Below are positions 27,501 to 39,505 of a stretch of 64,000 nucleotides of DNA, piece by piece. The DNA lies in NCBI RefSeq assembly GCF_001949145.1, contig NW_019091357.1, positions 186,001 to 250,000 of the forward strand, in the 5' to 3' direction. The translations under genes and the position numbers were made by a program. Origin of the DNA: Acanthaster planci. Its lineage: Eukaryota. The notes beneath the pieces were generated by a model. That model saw nothing but the letters and a program-made list of their open reading frames with translations. It had not been told where the DNA came from and searched no databases. Position 1 is the first letter of the stretch. Each line of letters starts with the position of its first letter.

Positions 27501-28680
27501 TAAAGTCGCAAGCTTATGTAGTGTTCATCCTGTGACATGTGAACAGTCTTGTGATGGACTTCACTATGGGCATGTAGGGTGGGCACGAGGAATAAGAGAC
27601 AATTGCCTTCAGTGCCCCTGGTCTTTGCCTTGATGTCCATTGTCTTTGCCCAGAGTCCAGCCCTGGGCATGGTTGTAAACAATTTCCTGTAGTAATGATT
27701 GTGTATTACGGGTTATGAATTGAACTGATTAAATGGATGGAACTGATCAAATGGATTTATATCTAAGCTCAGTTGGAAGTCATGTTTCATTTTCATAACC
27801 AACCCTTTACTCTCTACTGTTTGTCAACAGCTTGTCCTACGAGCTGATAACAACCTCAACGGTCCTCGCCGTATTACCTTCAGTGGAGCTGATAATGACA
27901 TCCACCTGTGTGATAATCAGTTCCATACTGTGCACATCATCCAACAGACCAACGAACTTAATCTTTTTGTTGATGATGACAACTTTGAATACAGCGGTGA
28001 TGGTGGGATTACTGCTGAGACGTATGGTACAATTTCAGTGGGAGGTTTCCCAGGTAAGAATGATAAGAATTTTGATGAAAGTTTTCAGAGAGTTGAGGGA
28101 ATGTTAGGTGACCTTTTGTGTTGGATATTCTTGGTTCAAAAAGCTATTTTAAGCCCAGTTCCTATATGAGAAAATGTCAAATCCAAAAGCAGCCTTAATA
28201 ACAAAACAAAGGTTTCCCAAATGCAGTTTTTTGTGAAAAGCTAGCTGCAGCCTTTCTCTTTAATACTTTCATTTTAATACCGTCACCTTAAGTTATTGAT
28301 GGATATGAAACTATCCATTGACAGATTTTTATTAAAACATGGTTTTCAGAAGAAGTCTTGTTCAACCTCTCTGCCAGTGGGGCCTGTAGAATATTGTTGG
28401 CCTTTTTATTTTCCCTTTTAAAGGCATGCTTAAAACTTCTCGGCAGGAGGACAACAGAACATAAAACCACACTGTCATTTTTACATTTTAAGCAGATGCT
28501 ATTAAGAAATAATCTACTCTTTTATTATTACCAGAACCAATGTGGCAGCATCCAGGAACTATTCGAACAGCCTTTAAGGGCTGCATTCAAAGCTTCCGTA
28601 TCAACTTGGGCATACCTTACACCTTTTTGTCCTCCTTGGAGTTAGTTGACATTATTGCAGACCAGTGCCCAGTCACCTAG
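550..28680 (+). CDS. LAMA2: Laminin subunit alpha-1/2-like, 5'-partial, 40 exons (LE, L4, LE repeats, coiled coil, LG1-LG5)
   Basis: Exons traced by hand with AG/GT ends and consistent phases: 550-690, 854-1033, 1227-1406, 1495-1616, 1842-1959, 2382-2492, 2586-2713, 2960-3049, 3329-3528, 3828-3970, 4353-4460, 4835-4946, 5179-5341, 5503-5710, 5874-5990, 6277-6434, 6568-6706, 6836-7046, 7270-7452, 7783-7937, 8846-8989, 9090-9220, 9424-9604, 9997-10124, 10486-10651, 10749-10893, 11188-11311, 11690-11810, 11940-12119, 12256-12404, 13199-13381, 13679-13773, 14378-14422, 14878-15040, 25828-26026, 26525-26683, 26969-27122, 27281-27411, 27831-28053, 28535-28680 (TAG). Total 5934 nt. Motifs: LE repeats (NVRGRKCDRC, GCTSCFCFG, ECDCPTGYTGLSCE), L4 (FWNLPVAFVGNKVSSYGG), coiled-coil start CYDNCTGLLL, IRQARNQASKIKV, five LG domains (LFVGG, FRGCM, FEGCI, FKGCI). 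The short LE stretch after L4 fits alpha-1/2. The symbol stands for the pro-orthologue of LAMA1/LAMA2. Confidence 0.95.
4562..4790. mobile_element. Degenerate MITE, same family as 58876-59125
   Basis: Inverted pair TGTCCCTGTCACATCT / AGCTGTAACAGGGACA, also present at ~58910 and ~59065. Confidence 0.6.
8023..8508. mobile_element. Possible TTAA-bounded (piggyBac-like) non-autonomous element spanning an assembly gap
   Basis: Starts TTAACCACTTC and ends GTAGTTGTTAA. The reverse complement of its left end (GAAGTGGTTAA) recurs at ~13116-13126. Locally CpG-rich. Confidence 0.4.
12707..13035 (+). mobile_element. tRNA-derived SINE
   Basis: A box TGGCGTAACGG, B box GGTTCAAATCC, then GTGACCTTGGGGAAGTCACTT and CCAGGTGTAAATGGGTACC core. 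Related copy at 54117. Confidence 0.75.
14182..14312. mobile_element. Short MITE
   Basis: AATAGACCTAAAACATAA ... TTATGTTTGAGGTCTATT inverted termini. Confidence 0.65.
19707..21137 (-). CDS. 5-hydroxytryptamine receptor 1-like class A GPCR, 476 aa, single coding exon, nested in laminin intron 15041-25827
   Basis: Seven hydrophobic segments. Motifs: GN (TM1), SLAVADL (TM2), DVLCCTASILNLCVIALDRY (TM3 aminergic Asp plus DRY), STFGAFFIP (TM5), long ICL3, CWLPFF (TM6), WLGYFNSMVNPILY (TM7), N-terminal N-x-S/T sites. TM3, TM5 and TM7 match the 5-HT1 group; the exact subtype is unresolved. Confidence 0.93.
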   Translation of the reverse strand: MGEVTTFTLNFTESNFSRNTSDTMMRALNFTSREWILLVGLSLMILCVIFGNIMILIAVIKHRPLQTPPVYLIASLAVADLMVGLVVMPLSLTQELTVEWKFGAVVCDIWISLDVLCCTASILNLCVIALDRYWAITKPLKYKLKRTSSRMLAMIAIVWIISVMISITPLFGWRTDNPDPKTCMITQNQVYTIFSTFGAFFIPMTIMLVVYIRIFVEARKRIHGTKNLVQTPLASSSGTPDRRSTADFPRKISSFLRRISNSEPMIGELGSTTPIMKKSMRFNGQRRKSSPGSLKPDASILQSPLRTQCTQPSPTHGRCISISITECQGHGSQSTLNVPCSPLIQRRIIQRRNLASAREQKAVKTLAIVTGTFLICWLPFFITALVIPFCQQCHLPAFWQSLFLWLGYFNSMVNPILYTKFNKDFKDAFSKLLHCPKRNSSNYPATLLSPYRCVNTEVKVSNSNLSGVNECRESQL

Positions 28681-29918
28681 TCTGCTTGGAAAGTTAATTT
28701 GATTCTTTCTTAGGTAAGGCTATCAGATATGGATATGAGACCTAAACTTCTTACAAGAAAAGATATTTAAACTGGGTTTATTCATGTCAGGCCATCCTCA
28801 TCACCGTGAAAAAAGGAGTGTTTACAAACTTTGTAACATCTCTGAATCACAATTCTATAATTTTACTTTTCTTAGTTTTGAAGTTATTCAAAGTAATAAG
28901 GGAAATGTTTCAAGCCTTTTTTTCCATACCACTTTTCATTAACGATTTTTTTCTTGCAGTAGCTGAGATGTGAGGTGATTTTTAGAAATCTTCCCTGTAA
29001 TTGAAACATCTGGCAGCAGAAGTTTCTGTGGTGCTTCATCTGAAATATTATTGGTCAGCTTTCAATCAGTTTGGCCTATTAAATGATTTGTGTTTGTACA
29101 AGAGATTTGTAATGTCCACTTTTAGATTATTTAACAAATATTAATGCTTAAGAGGCAGCCTGTGATTGGACAATTTGAATGTTGACCTTTAAAGTCTATA
29201 ACTTGACAGTTGGTTCAATTTGACAGTTGTCCAAGTTGATCATCTGAGATATTTTGCAATGTAACAAGATTTATATTTGCTTTCATGATAAGACAGTTAT
29301 ACAGTCAGAAATATTTGAATTAAACAAAATATTTCTCTTGCTTTGGGTCATAAGCTGAGCCAGGTTTTGATATCTATGAATGGCCTAGCTGTCAACTTTT
29401 TACCAAAATATGACTGTGACAACAGTGCCTTCAGGCAAACGCTGCAATTTTATTTGTAAAATGCATAAGACTGTCAGAAAACTTCATATATGTCAAGTCA
29501 TTGTGATTCTTTAAGCAATTATTTGTAATTAAATGGTATAAAAGATATTTTATGCAGTTTTAATCAAATCATGTGCATAACATTTTATGTGTGTAGTTTG
29601 TACCTACTTGTATGTTTGTAAGAGTATATAAATTATGATGTAGAACAACTATTTAAAAGAGATTATCAACTGGTAGGCTGAGTAGAGTTGTAGAATTTTC
29701 AAAACAAAACTATTTATTGAGAGACTTAATCAACTGTACCAATTAGTTCTCAGCATTATGTCTTATGTGGTTATGGGCTGCGTATTATGCTTCCCATAGA
29801 TAGAGAACATTAGAAATGTTGGATCAGGTGTCTGGTTCAGACCTCTATAATTATGAAAAGTTAGAATGACACTGAAGCGACTGGGAACAGTCTACCCCCT
29901 TTGCCCCTGTTGTGGTGC

Positions 29919-30087
29919 ACAGTCGAAAGAGTGCTGTTAATATAAGATTTTGCTTATAACACGGAAAATCTTGGGTCCCAATCCTTAGTTTTTCTGTTTT
30001 CTTTTCATTCCCGATAATACAAGGTTTCTGTTATAACAAGGTAATTTGCAAGTTTAAAGAACCTCGTATTAACGAGGTTCGATTGTA
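29919..30087. mobile_element. Tc1/mariner-type MITE remnant in the presumed laminin 3' UTR
   Basis: ACAGTCGAA ... ACGAGGTTCGATTGTA termini with internal TTATAAC repeats. Confidence 0.5.
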
Positions 30088-30097
30088 CACACATTAA

Positions 30098-30103
30098 AAT
30101 AAA
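30098..30103 (+). promoter_or_regulatory. Candidate laminin polyadenylation signal
   Basis: AATAAA about 1.4 kb after the stop codon; an alternative ATTAAA lies near 30259. Confidence 0.35.
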
Positions 30104-30945
30104 CCAAAGCAGCATTAAAACAGTATGTAAGTCAATGGTGCTGGCCCAAAATGACGTGATTAGCTCTGTCATTAGGTCATCTGTTTTAATGTTGTATCTT
30201 CTATTTTATATCAACATCTTAGAATTTGTACCAAGGATTCAATTTATTTTGGTATTTCATTAAAGGAAATTTAGTTTAACTACAAATTATTTTTATTGTA
30301 CTGTCCGACATGATGGGTCTTTGATGGAAAGTCACCATTATATTGTGATTGACATTATACATTGTGTTCATTTCACCTTGAAAGGTTAAATACTTGTCAT
30401 TGAAAGCTATTAAAATGTGTAATCAATTTTGATATATTTGTGAAAAGTTTTATTGGCAATGTATCTGAATGAAGATGCAAAGTAAACTCCTTGCAAATTT
30501 AAATGCTTTTCACTGAAAATTCTGATTCCTATTTTCCTGTAAATGGCTATCCGAATAGGCATCCACATGTATTTCTGCATGATTTCATGGAAAAGGCTTA
30601 TCAAATTTGCCCCCCCCCCAAAATGCAAAGGCTAACCCCTTGCAACTTTAATTACTCTCAGAAAAACGAAGTAGATTAACATGCAAGTTGTGTTTTTGGA
30701 CAGCGGTACTATTTTACTGGCTAGCAAAATTGATTAGCACACTGACCTATTTATTAAATGATAACAGTGCAAGGAATACAATTCTTAAAATTCTTAACAT
30801 GTAAAGATGGCATGCTTGCCGAAAATATAACCAAGGCATTGTACCCTTGGCATGTCCTTGTGCGCATGTGCAAAAGTTGGGGTGCTTGCCCTTGACACTT
30901 GACTCGCTTGTCAAAAGTGAACAGGTCATTTTACGACTTGCCCAG

Positions 30946-31107
30946 CATAAGCTTTATCGCAAATACTACATGGGTGATTTTACAGAATGGTAGAAAGGCA
31001 TTGTGGGAATGAAAAAGGAGCAAACATTGCCCCTTTTTCCTTCCCACAATGCCTTTCTACCATTGTGCAAAATCGCCCATGCAGTATTTGCGATAAGGCT
31101 TATGCAT
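30946..31107. mobile_element. Near-perfect palindromic (foldback) MITE
   Basis: GCATAAGCTTTATCGCAAATACTACATGGGTGATTTT...TGGTAGAAAGGCATTGTGGGAA pairs with TTCCCACAATGCCTTTCTACCA...AAAATCGCCCATGCAGTATTTGCGATAAGGCTTATGC. Arms are about 75 bp. Confidence 0.8.
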
Positions 31108-31338
31108 GTGAAATGGCAAGCTTACGGACTGAATTAGAGTTTTACCCTTGCCGTTACTAAAAAATAATGGTCTAAGCTTAATTGAATACTTGATGTTAAT
31201 TTGTTTTATGGGCCCACCGCTGTACTTGCGGTAAGATAGGAATACATGTATTTGTTTTGCCACCGCTGAACTTGCAGTATAAGGCAAAACTCTAAAACGT
31301 AAAGAGGATATTGTTGTTAATTCCAACAATGGTTAACT

Positions 31339-31663
31339 TTAAAGAGTACCTCTAAGGAAAACATGTTTTCTCTGATTTTATCTGTTCAAATAAATATGGA
31401 AGCATCCAAATCGAATGCAGTATCATTTGTCTTCAGAGCTCAACTATAAAAAGCTAGCAAGGGCTTTATGTGTGTTCATGCCAAGATGCAAATTCTGAAT
31501 GTAGATTGCGTCATTCTGAGAAAACGACAGGAACCCTTGCCCTGTGTTTGTTGTGGATAAACCTTGTGCATGCCAAATAATGCATGTAGCCATTGTTTGG
31601 CATGTGAAAGAGTTTATCCACTAAAATCAGAGAAAACATGTTTTTCTTAGAGGTGCTCTCTAA
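31339..31663. mobile_element. MITE of the same family as 1-307, right arm internally deleted
   Basis: TTAA-AGAGTACCTCTAAGGAAAACATGTTTTCTCTGATTTTA ... TAAAATCAGAGAAAACATGTTTTTCTTAGAGGTGCTCT-CTAA terminal inverted repeats. Confidence 0.85.
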
Positions 31664-33059
31664 CTATTAAGAGTAAAACAGTTAGAATTTAAAGTTGATG
31701 CTGCGAGTCGGTCAGACAGATACACTGCAAACAACAGCACGTGGGTGTGGTGGCCCGCGCACATGTGCACGTTGAGTTCGGTGACGGTGGACTAGTAGCG
31801 CATGGGTGGTCACTTTAATCTGTTTATTTTCGTAACTTAATTTGTGTATCATCAAGACAACACGTACGCAGTTAGTCTCTGAGGAATCGCTGGCACACCT
31901 ACATGATGGAGTAAGTACAATGTATTTATCCCACACTATACACTTACAGGAATAAAATTCATAGGCAGTTCATCCTTGACATGCTTGAGAAAGTTGAGAC
32001 CATGGAGAAAGGAAAAGATCATGTTGAGAATAATCCTAGGAGTAGGAGTAGGATCAACACGCATGCCTACAATACATCATACATGGCCCATTTCTGTGAA
32101 AATGACATGAGTATAACTAATATGCCCACTTAGGTTTTGAACCCATTTGCAAATTGTTGATCTCATCCAAGCAAGTCGTTGGGTGTGATGATGTGCTCAC
32201 GTGCAGCTGTAATATTACTTGGCCATCCCATATGATATTAGCCCAACAAAGTCAAAAATAATTTTTTTTTGGCTGAGAACATAATCGACGGTAAACCTGT
32301 CTTGGGGTATAATTTCCCCCAGAATTTAATGATGAAAGCCACAGTTTTGAATCTTTGAACGGTTTTTTGCAGCTCCTTAAAAATAACAACATGAAAATGA
32401 ATATTTTTTTTGTGAAAAGAAAGTTTTATTATAAATGGGTGAATTAGTTAAATCATTTTATGATTATTTTAATTTCACAGATCAAGCCCCTTATTGTCAT
32501 ATCTGCTCTTGGAACATTGATGAGGGTCCAAGCAAGACGGTCAGATTGTGGAATCAAAGAGGGCCATCGTTGGAAGAGGATTTTAAAAAAAGGGTGAAAA
32601 CTGCATGTATCACTTTGCAAATACTGACGTTGACCCAAACCCCGCCAGATGCAGCATTCTGTAGCAGATGTAAAAGTCTGATGCACTATAGCCGTGTTCC
32701 CAATGTCAGTGTCAATCTACCACGCATTCTCATGTAGACTTTTTTAACCGTAACGGAATGTTTATTCACTGTGTTGGGCCTAATAAGACCAGCTGATTAC
32801 ATTGCCTGCACTGTACAAATCATGACGAAATTGGTGAAATTTGACAAAAACAAATGCAAAATCAGACTAATTCGGCCAAATCTTACACAAAGACGAACTC
32901 GTACAGGAAGAGCCCTGTACACAATGTGTGTATAGCATTATCTGGCACGCCGATCACTGTGTGCGCGCGGCATGCCGCTGTACTGTATGCATGGAGCTGG
33001 AGGCTGGGAACCATACAACCATTTTCTCTGGTTGCGGTCAATCTACATTGTATGGAAAC

Positions 33060-33262
33060 TGTTCCCATTGGACTTTTTGCACCCTTGCTAACTTACCGTG
33101 GCTGCATGAAAATCCTCTGCGACCTTTTCGGCCTGTTAGTTTTATATCGTGATTGCGGTAAGTTGACAGGGATGTCAGTTTACCATTTGTTCTCATTGGA
33201 TTTAATTTCTAATTCTTCAGGGAAGTTATGGTAAGTTAACCAAAAAAAGTCCAATGGGAACA
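33060..33262. mobile_element. MITE
   Basis: TGTTCCCATTGGACTTTTT ... AAAAAGTCCAATGGGAACA terminal inverted repeats. Confidence 0.7.
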
Positions 33263-33402
33263 TGCCTTTGATGCACTGGGCAATCAACAGCAGCCAAACA
33301 AACTGGTCATGTTGAGACAATGGGAGCTGGTCTCATGGAACAATGCCACTGTTGGATCTTGTGGTGGCTGTCAACCACAGACTCCCGGGCTGTGTGGCCT
33401 TA

Positions 33403-33482
33403 GGAAAGAGGAAAAAAGAACTGAACACTGCCTGAATGGCACACTGGTAATGGAAAGAGGAAAAAAAGAACTGAACACTGCC
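33403..33482. repeat. Short direct duplication
   Basis: GGAAAGAGGAAAAAA(A)GAACTGAACACTGCC occurs twice. Confidence 0.8.
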
Positions 33483-33938
33483 AGAATTCCCTGATTTACA
33501 TCACAGAAATAGCACCCCCACTCATCCAGAAATGCTGACAAACTTTAACGTTTATAGCAAGATACCGAAAATTGTGAAATATTCTCTAAATTGAAAAATT
33601 CAGAGGATCTGATGTTTTAATCCTAGCAGAATCTTTCTCCCAGGCCAAGTTAAGTGTGTAAGTTTCAAGCAACACAGTTGAATTTTAAGTGACATGTACA
33701 TGATATAAAATTGAACATCTGGAAGGGTAAATAAAGGAAGTTTTGCAAAACTGTTTGACCAAATATATACTGAACGAAATACATGCATGGTCTGAATATT
33801 TTGTGTTCTCTGTCCTTTAATTAACATATTGAATTTTCTGTGTTATTTAAATACATGCAAATGTGCTGTGCCCTTTGACCTTTTTGAAATTGCGCAATCC
33901 TAACCTTTAAATATAAGTTCCGAAATTTTATCTATCAA

Positions 33939-34049
33939 GAGGCCAATGGCCTGGTGGTCAGCGAGCTGGCTGTCAGGCCAGGGGACCCCGGTTCAAATCC
34001 TGGGGTCCCCGGAAAAAGAGGTTTTTTTTTTTTTTTTTTTTTTTTTTCT
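33939..34049 (+). other. tRNA-like Pol III-type element (A box, B box, poly-T)
   Basis: A box TGGCCTGGTGG at 33947-33957, B box GGTTCAAATCC at 33990-34000, T-run from 34023. No canonical cloverleaf. Confidence 0.55.
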
Positions 34050-35389
34050 NNNNNNNNNNNNNNNNNNNNNNNNNNNNNNNNNNNNNNNNNNNNNNNNNNN
34101 NNNNNNNNNNNNNNNNNNNNNNNNNNNNNNNNNNNNNNNNNNNNNNNNNNNNNNNNNNNNNNNNNNNNNNNNNNNNNNNNNNNNNNNNNNNNNNNNNNNN
34201 NNNNNNNNNNNNNNNNNNNNNNNNNNNNNNNNNNNNNNNNNNNNNNNNNNNNNNNNNNNNNNNNNNNNNNNNNNNNNNNNNNNNNNNNNNNNNNNNNNNN
34301 NNNNNNNNNNNNNNNNNNNNNNNNNNNNNNNNNNNNNNNNNNNNNNNNNNNNNNNNNNNNNNNNNNNNNNNNNNNNNNNNNNNNNNNNNNNNNNNNNNNN
34401 NNNNNNNNNNNNNNNNNNNNNNNNNNNNNNNNNNNNNNNNNNNNNNNNNNNNNNNNNNNNNNNNNNNNNTACTGGAGATGGGCAATGGTGCAAGTCCTAG
34501 GAACTGGAAGTCTGAGAGCTGATAAGAAGAGTAGAGTAGATGGCTGAGCGCTTGGGACTATTGGTATTAGAGCTCTGAGGATCCCATGGAGCTGAAGGAC
34601 ATAGCTTCTTAATGTTACTGGGCTTATTGTAGCCCTTATAAGTTTGAGACTAAAAGGCTCCAAGAGGGAACTTTATATAAGGAGCTTGGAAGATGTTTAA
34701 GACTGGCAGGGCTTCCATGTAGGATGAGGCAGTAATGTAAAATCTAAAGATGGAAACAGATGTACCTTAAACTCCAGCAGTGTAAAATGGTCCAGATTAG
34801 GAGAAGGTTTAAGTGGCAAAGTACTACAGTTGTACAAACAGATATACATGTACAAACAAGTTGTTCTGCTAGTTTCAATAAATGAGCATTTATTTCACTT
34901 ACAAATAGAAATTAACTGGTTATAGCAATAAATGGTGATTATTTTACATACACACAAAGCATTTATGCAAGGTAATATTTTCAAATGAGACAAATTTCAT
35001 GTCAGTGCTAAAAGGTCTTTAGAATGCACTAAAAGGTGTTTAGAGAAAAATATTGTTCTAGACATTAACAGTGGAAACAGAATTGGTTAAAATTTAAACA
35101 TGTTTGCCACAAAAAAAACAGTTTTTATGACTAAAAAATAAAAACCGTTTACATCAACTTATTTCTTTTGTGCACAGAGTAAGGTCCTTAGTGTTTTTCA
35201 AAAATTCATTTTTGCAGTAATGACCTTTCAGCACTGAGCAAACAATTTGCGACTTGCAGTTTTGTGATAATTTTAAGTGAAAAACTTTTTTCTAATGCTC
35301 TGGCAATGTGGATATATGTACAACTTGGAAAATACAAAATGCACACAGAGTTTTGTCCAAGGAAAAAACTTATACAAATGAACAAAGAT

Positions 35390-35457
35390 ATTGACTGGGG
35401 AGGGATTTGAAGCTGCGACCTCTGGAACACTGTACCAACTGAGCTATCCAGCCCTAT
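35390..35457 (-). mobile_element. tRNA-derived repeat head
   Basis: Minus strand reads GGGCTGGATAGCTCAGTTGGTA...GAGGTCGCAGCTTCAAATCCC; the anticodon arm is missing. Confidence 0.55.
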
Positions 35458-36412
35458 GTCGGTGGTTCTTCCCATTTGTCAATATCTCTGATCGGGGGGC
35501 GAACTTGGTAAAAGTGAGGTTAAGAACTGCCACTGGGTTTACTGGACAGTGCTGGTATTTTGGCTGCCAGAACGGGAACACCATTCAATTTTGGAAAGCA
35601 TGCAATAGTTACTTGAGCTTTTAGTCCTCAAAAGAAGTATTATCAATGTGTCTAGAGTCTTTCCCAATGGTAATTATTGACAAATTTTGAAGCAGGCCTA
35701 CATGTAAAGCATCTTGATAACTTAAATGTGAACATGAATGTTTTTAGATGTGCATTATTACATGTACAGTGTATGAGTCAATGCATTACACTGAAAAGAA
35801 ACAAATTAAAGGTGATCAATAGTCTTTCTTCAAAAGCAAACTGACCAATTGACTGTTCAATTTACAGAGTACCTCTTTAAGTCATGAATAATTTGGATGG
35901 AAGTACAGTACGTCCCTATACTGAACAATTCAGAAAACGACACATACCTTTTGGCTCCCAAATTTTCTGCGCACTTTTACTGAACATCACAAATTTGCTT
36001 TAAATTAAAGGAAAAAATTTAGGACTGATGACAGTGACTCAAAAGTTCAGATGTCAATAAACTCTAAAATTGAAACGGCCATGTTATGAGCCCATAGCAA
36101 AACAAGCAGCCGCACATGAGAATCTGTTTTACACAAACAAAAATGCACATGTATTTATGTGCAACAACTGACATTTCAACATAGGAAATAGCACCCTCTT
36201 TTTTCTGCAATTGACACCCTCTCTGTTTTAGCGAATAGCGCCCTCTTTTGCCAGGACATTTCCCCTTTTTTATGGAAATCAGATTTTTAGGCCTATGAAA
36301 TGTGACGATTGGAACAGTATCAATAAAATCGCAATGGTTGGGGAGGTACATGTATGCCACACCAAGCATTGTGTGTGGACCCTGCCCTGTTCATCATAGC
36401 AGCATTGTGCTG

Positions 36413-36476
36413 TATACCAATATTCATTACTCAAAAAAAATCACTTATACCAATATTCATTACTCAAAAAAATCAA
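36413..36476. repeat. Short tandem duplication
   Basis: TATACCAATATTCATTACTCAAAAAAA(A)TCA occurs twice. Confidence 0.85.
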
Positions 36477-37142
36477 AGGATCAGACATTTGTCTTAGAAA
36501 ATTTCAGCCAGGCATGTACCTCATTGACTTCACTTATTGTACACTGAAGCTCATGTTCATACTTGGTTGAGCACCATAGAATGTGAGACAGTGCAATTGG
36601 CTAGTCGTGTTTCAGAGCCCAATTAGCTGGAAGTGTCAAAAAGCATAGGGCAGTGTGTATTGCTTAGGTATAGCACAACTTCAAAATGGCCCCCTTTCAC
36701 TCTCTTTGCACATAAATTAAGGATAGGATGACTCTGAGGCAAGGGGGTGAGAGACTGGGAGTGTCTTAGAGAGTTGGGGGGGTTACAATGACATGAATGA
36801 GACTGGCCGGTACTATACCACCCTATCGCTGTACAATGATGTACACGTATGTGTCTCACTTTAGGACATTTTGAGAAAAAGTGATTGAAATATTGGACCT
36901 CTTACCATTTTGTGTATTAAGTTTTGGAAAACTGTGAAACCGGTTTTTTAATGTTTGATTTTTTTTGTATCGTTTGTCAGATAATTATAAAAATGTGTGA
37001 TTTGGGGGAAAATTTGTAAACAGATACATGTCAGATATTGAATTATTTTACTGAATAAAAGGGTCACAACAGTTACAAGTAATTTTTTCATGTACATGTA
37101 CTTACATCTTCAAAGTGCGTCATTTCTGTGATTCATAATCAC

Positions 37143-37856
37143 AAATAGTGCCCTGACATTACCAGAACATACTCGNNNNNNNNNNNNNNNNNNNNNNNNN
37201 NNNNNNNNNNNNNNNNNNNNNNNNNNNNNNNNNNNNNNNNNNNNNNNNNNNNNNNNNNNNNNNNNNNNNNNNNNNNNNNNNNNNNNNNNNNNNNNNNNNN
37301 NNNNNNNNNNNNNNNNNNNNNNNNNNNNNNNNNNNNNNNNNNNNNNNNNNNNNNNNNNNNNNNNNNNNNNNNNNNNNNNNNNNNNNNNNNNNNNNNNNNN
37401 NNNNNNNNNNNNNNNNNNNNNNNNNNNNNNNNNNNNNNNNNNNNNNNNNNNNNNNNNNNNNNNNNNNNNNNNNNNNNNNNNNNNNNNNNNNNNNNNNNNN
37501 NNNNNNNNNNNNNNNNNNNNNNNNNNNNNNNNNNNNNNNNNNNNNNNNNNNNNNNNNNNNNNNNNNNNNNNNNNNNNNNNNNNNNNNNNNNNNNNNNNNN
37601 NNNNNNNNNNNNNNNNNNNNNNNNNNNNNNNNNNNNNNNNNNNNNNNNNNNNNNNNNNNNNNNNNNNNNNNNNNNNNNNNNNNNNNNNNNNNNNNNNNNN
37701 NNNNNNNNNNNNNNNNNNNNNNNNNNNNNNNNNNNNNNNNNNNNNCTAGAACATACTCATAAACACTGCCCTCACATTACCAGAACATACTCATAAACAG
37801 TGCCCTCATATTACTGCAAAATCATTATAACTCATAAACAGTGCCCTCACATTACT
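37143..37856. repeat. 34-bp minisatellite, collapsed into an N gap (37176-37745)
   Basis: Unit AAACAGTGCCCTCACATTACCAGAACATACTCAT is seen on both sides of the gap. Confidence 0.85.
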
Positions 37857-38978
37857 TGGTTAAAACTCGTTTTATACATCATTTTCAGCGCCGTGAAGGA
37901 CCTGGACAAGGTGCTGACCAAAGTTTTTTTTCAGTGTCGTGAGACTTCAGTAGTCTCTAGTGAAGTTTCTTGTTTCTTGGAAATAGCCAAATTAAATGAT
38001 GCTCATATTTTGTTATGTGAATACCATTTGTTTAAATTATTAATCACTACGCATGATCCTTTGATCTTTTTAGTAGTGTACAAATGCAGACAGACTTGCT
38101 TCATCACTAAGGTGGAAGCAAGGACCTACATCTCTAAGAAAATTGAGTCCTTTCCTTGCCTTTTTGTGAATGAATGCCTAAGATTCAGATGAGGATCACT
38201 AATGCAATCTTAGAAGCTTTTCCTCCTCAGTGATGGAGGTGAAGACTGGTATCTATCTGAGTTACTTCCTTTCCTTGACATTGTCATGAACCATTTCTGT
38301 GAAGTCCCATAGGATCTTGTCCTCCATCTTCCTTCTCTCCATGTTGAAGGAAGCGAGGGCGCTCTTCTCATCAGCATCATGGTCTGCTTCTCCTGGGGCA
38401 TGCCCAGAGCTTTCACACAAGGAGGTCTGGGGAAGAAATCAATCACAAAAGGAACTAAGCTACAGCAGAAATTGAGACATTTCTTCCAAAACTATAGTAT
38501 CCCTTTATGCTCCTAATTTTTTTACACCTTTTATTTCATTAAAAAAAGTTGTTGGGGGGTTAGGCTACATTTCCACTTTTCAAAAGAAGGGAAATTAAAA
38601 AGACCAAAGATCCCTTCATTTTTTCAATGAAAACAACTTCTGCTCCTTTTTTGATCATGACCCCAATTGGGTCCTCCCCCTTTCCCAGATTCATCCTTGC
38701 AGAAACCAAAAATGATATGAAACACAGGACTCTTACCAGTCAGTCAGTCAGTCCACTTGCACCATGACACTAGCCAGCCTCAACAACCATGTAGGCAGCC
38801 AGGGCAGTACATTCACCTGGCCAAAAGGCCTTCCCAAATCTAAACACAGGGAAAAATGACAAGAGGAAATTGTCACCTAAGGTTTTTCAGTCACACTGTA
38901 ATACTTTTTCCCCCAAATGAGCAAACCATCCATGTTTCAACCCATCACCACATAGAATCTTATTGTGAGTAGCTCTTA

Positions 38979-39235
38979 CATCCATAAAACCACACAGGGC
39001 TGGGGAGTGCAGGATGTAACAGGCTGGGTGGGGTCAGGGCCCAATTTCATGGGCTTCTTGACACATTCATAAAACCATACAGTGCTGGGGAGTGCAGGAT
39101 GTAACAGGCTGGGTGGGGTCAGGGCCCAATTTCATGGGCTTCTTGACACATTCATAAAACCATACAGTGCTGGGGAGTGCTGGGGGTAACAGGCTGGGTG
39201 GGGTCAAGGCCCAATTTCGTGGGGCTTCTTAACAG
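38979..39235. repeat. 85-bp tandem repeat, three copies
   Basis: CATAAAACCA recurs at 38983, 39068 and 39153; the units are nearly identical along their length. Confidence 0.92.
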
Positions 39236-39505
39236 AGTCATAAGAAAAATCATGCTCCATGTAATTTTAGCAGAAAAATATGATGCTAACCTTGAGCACT
39301 ATTTCATATTGTTGCTCGGGGTGGTTGTGCTGATGGTTGCGTGCGGATAGAGATTTCTCTTGTAACATCACTAAGTTTAAGCAAATCTTTCCTCCAAGGT
39401 TAGGATGCATTTGGCTGTACTTACTGTTTACGGTATGCATGAAATACGCAGAGCCCGTGTAAGCGTAAAATTGTGTGCTAAGCAGCATCAAGAAATTGGG
39501 CCCTG
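39205..39505. mobile_element. MITE with CAGGGCCCAATTTC termini
   Basis: CAAGGCCCAATTTC (CAGGGCCCAATTTC in the upstream repeat copies) ... GAAATTGGGCCCTG. Confidence 0.7.

Noticed and set aside
33935..34663. Long ORFs in the track here and at 8245-8589 and 48139-48916
   Set aside because: They are artefacts of translating through N gaps.
38210..38446. 78-aa ORF as an independent gene
   Set aside because: It is the frameshifted last exon of the NKAP-like pseudogene; the conserved residues switch frame partway through.
38979..39235. CRISPR-like array
   Set aside because: The units are alike along their whole length, with no unique spacers and no cas genes, in a eukaryotic context.
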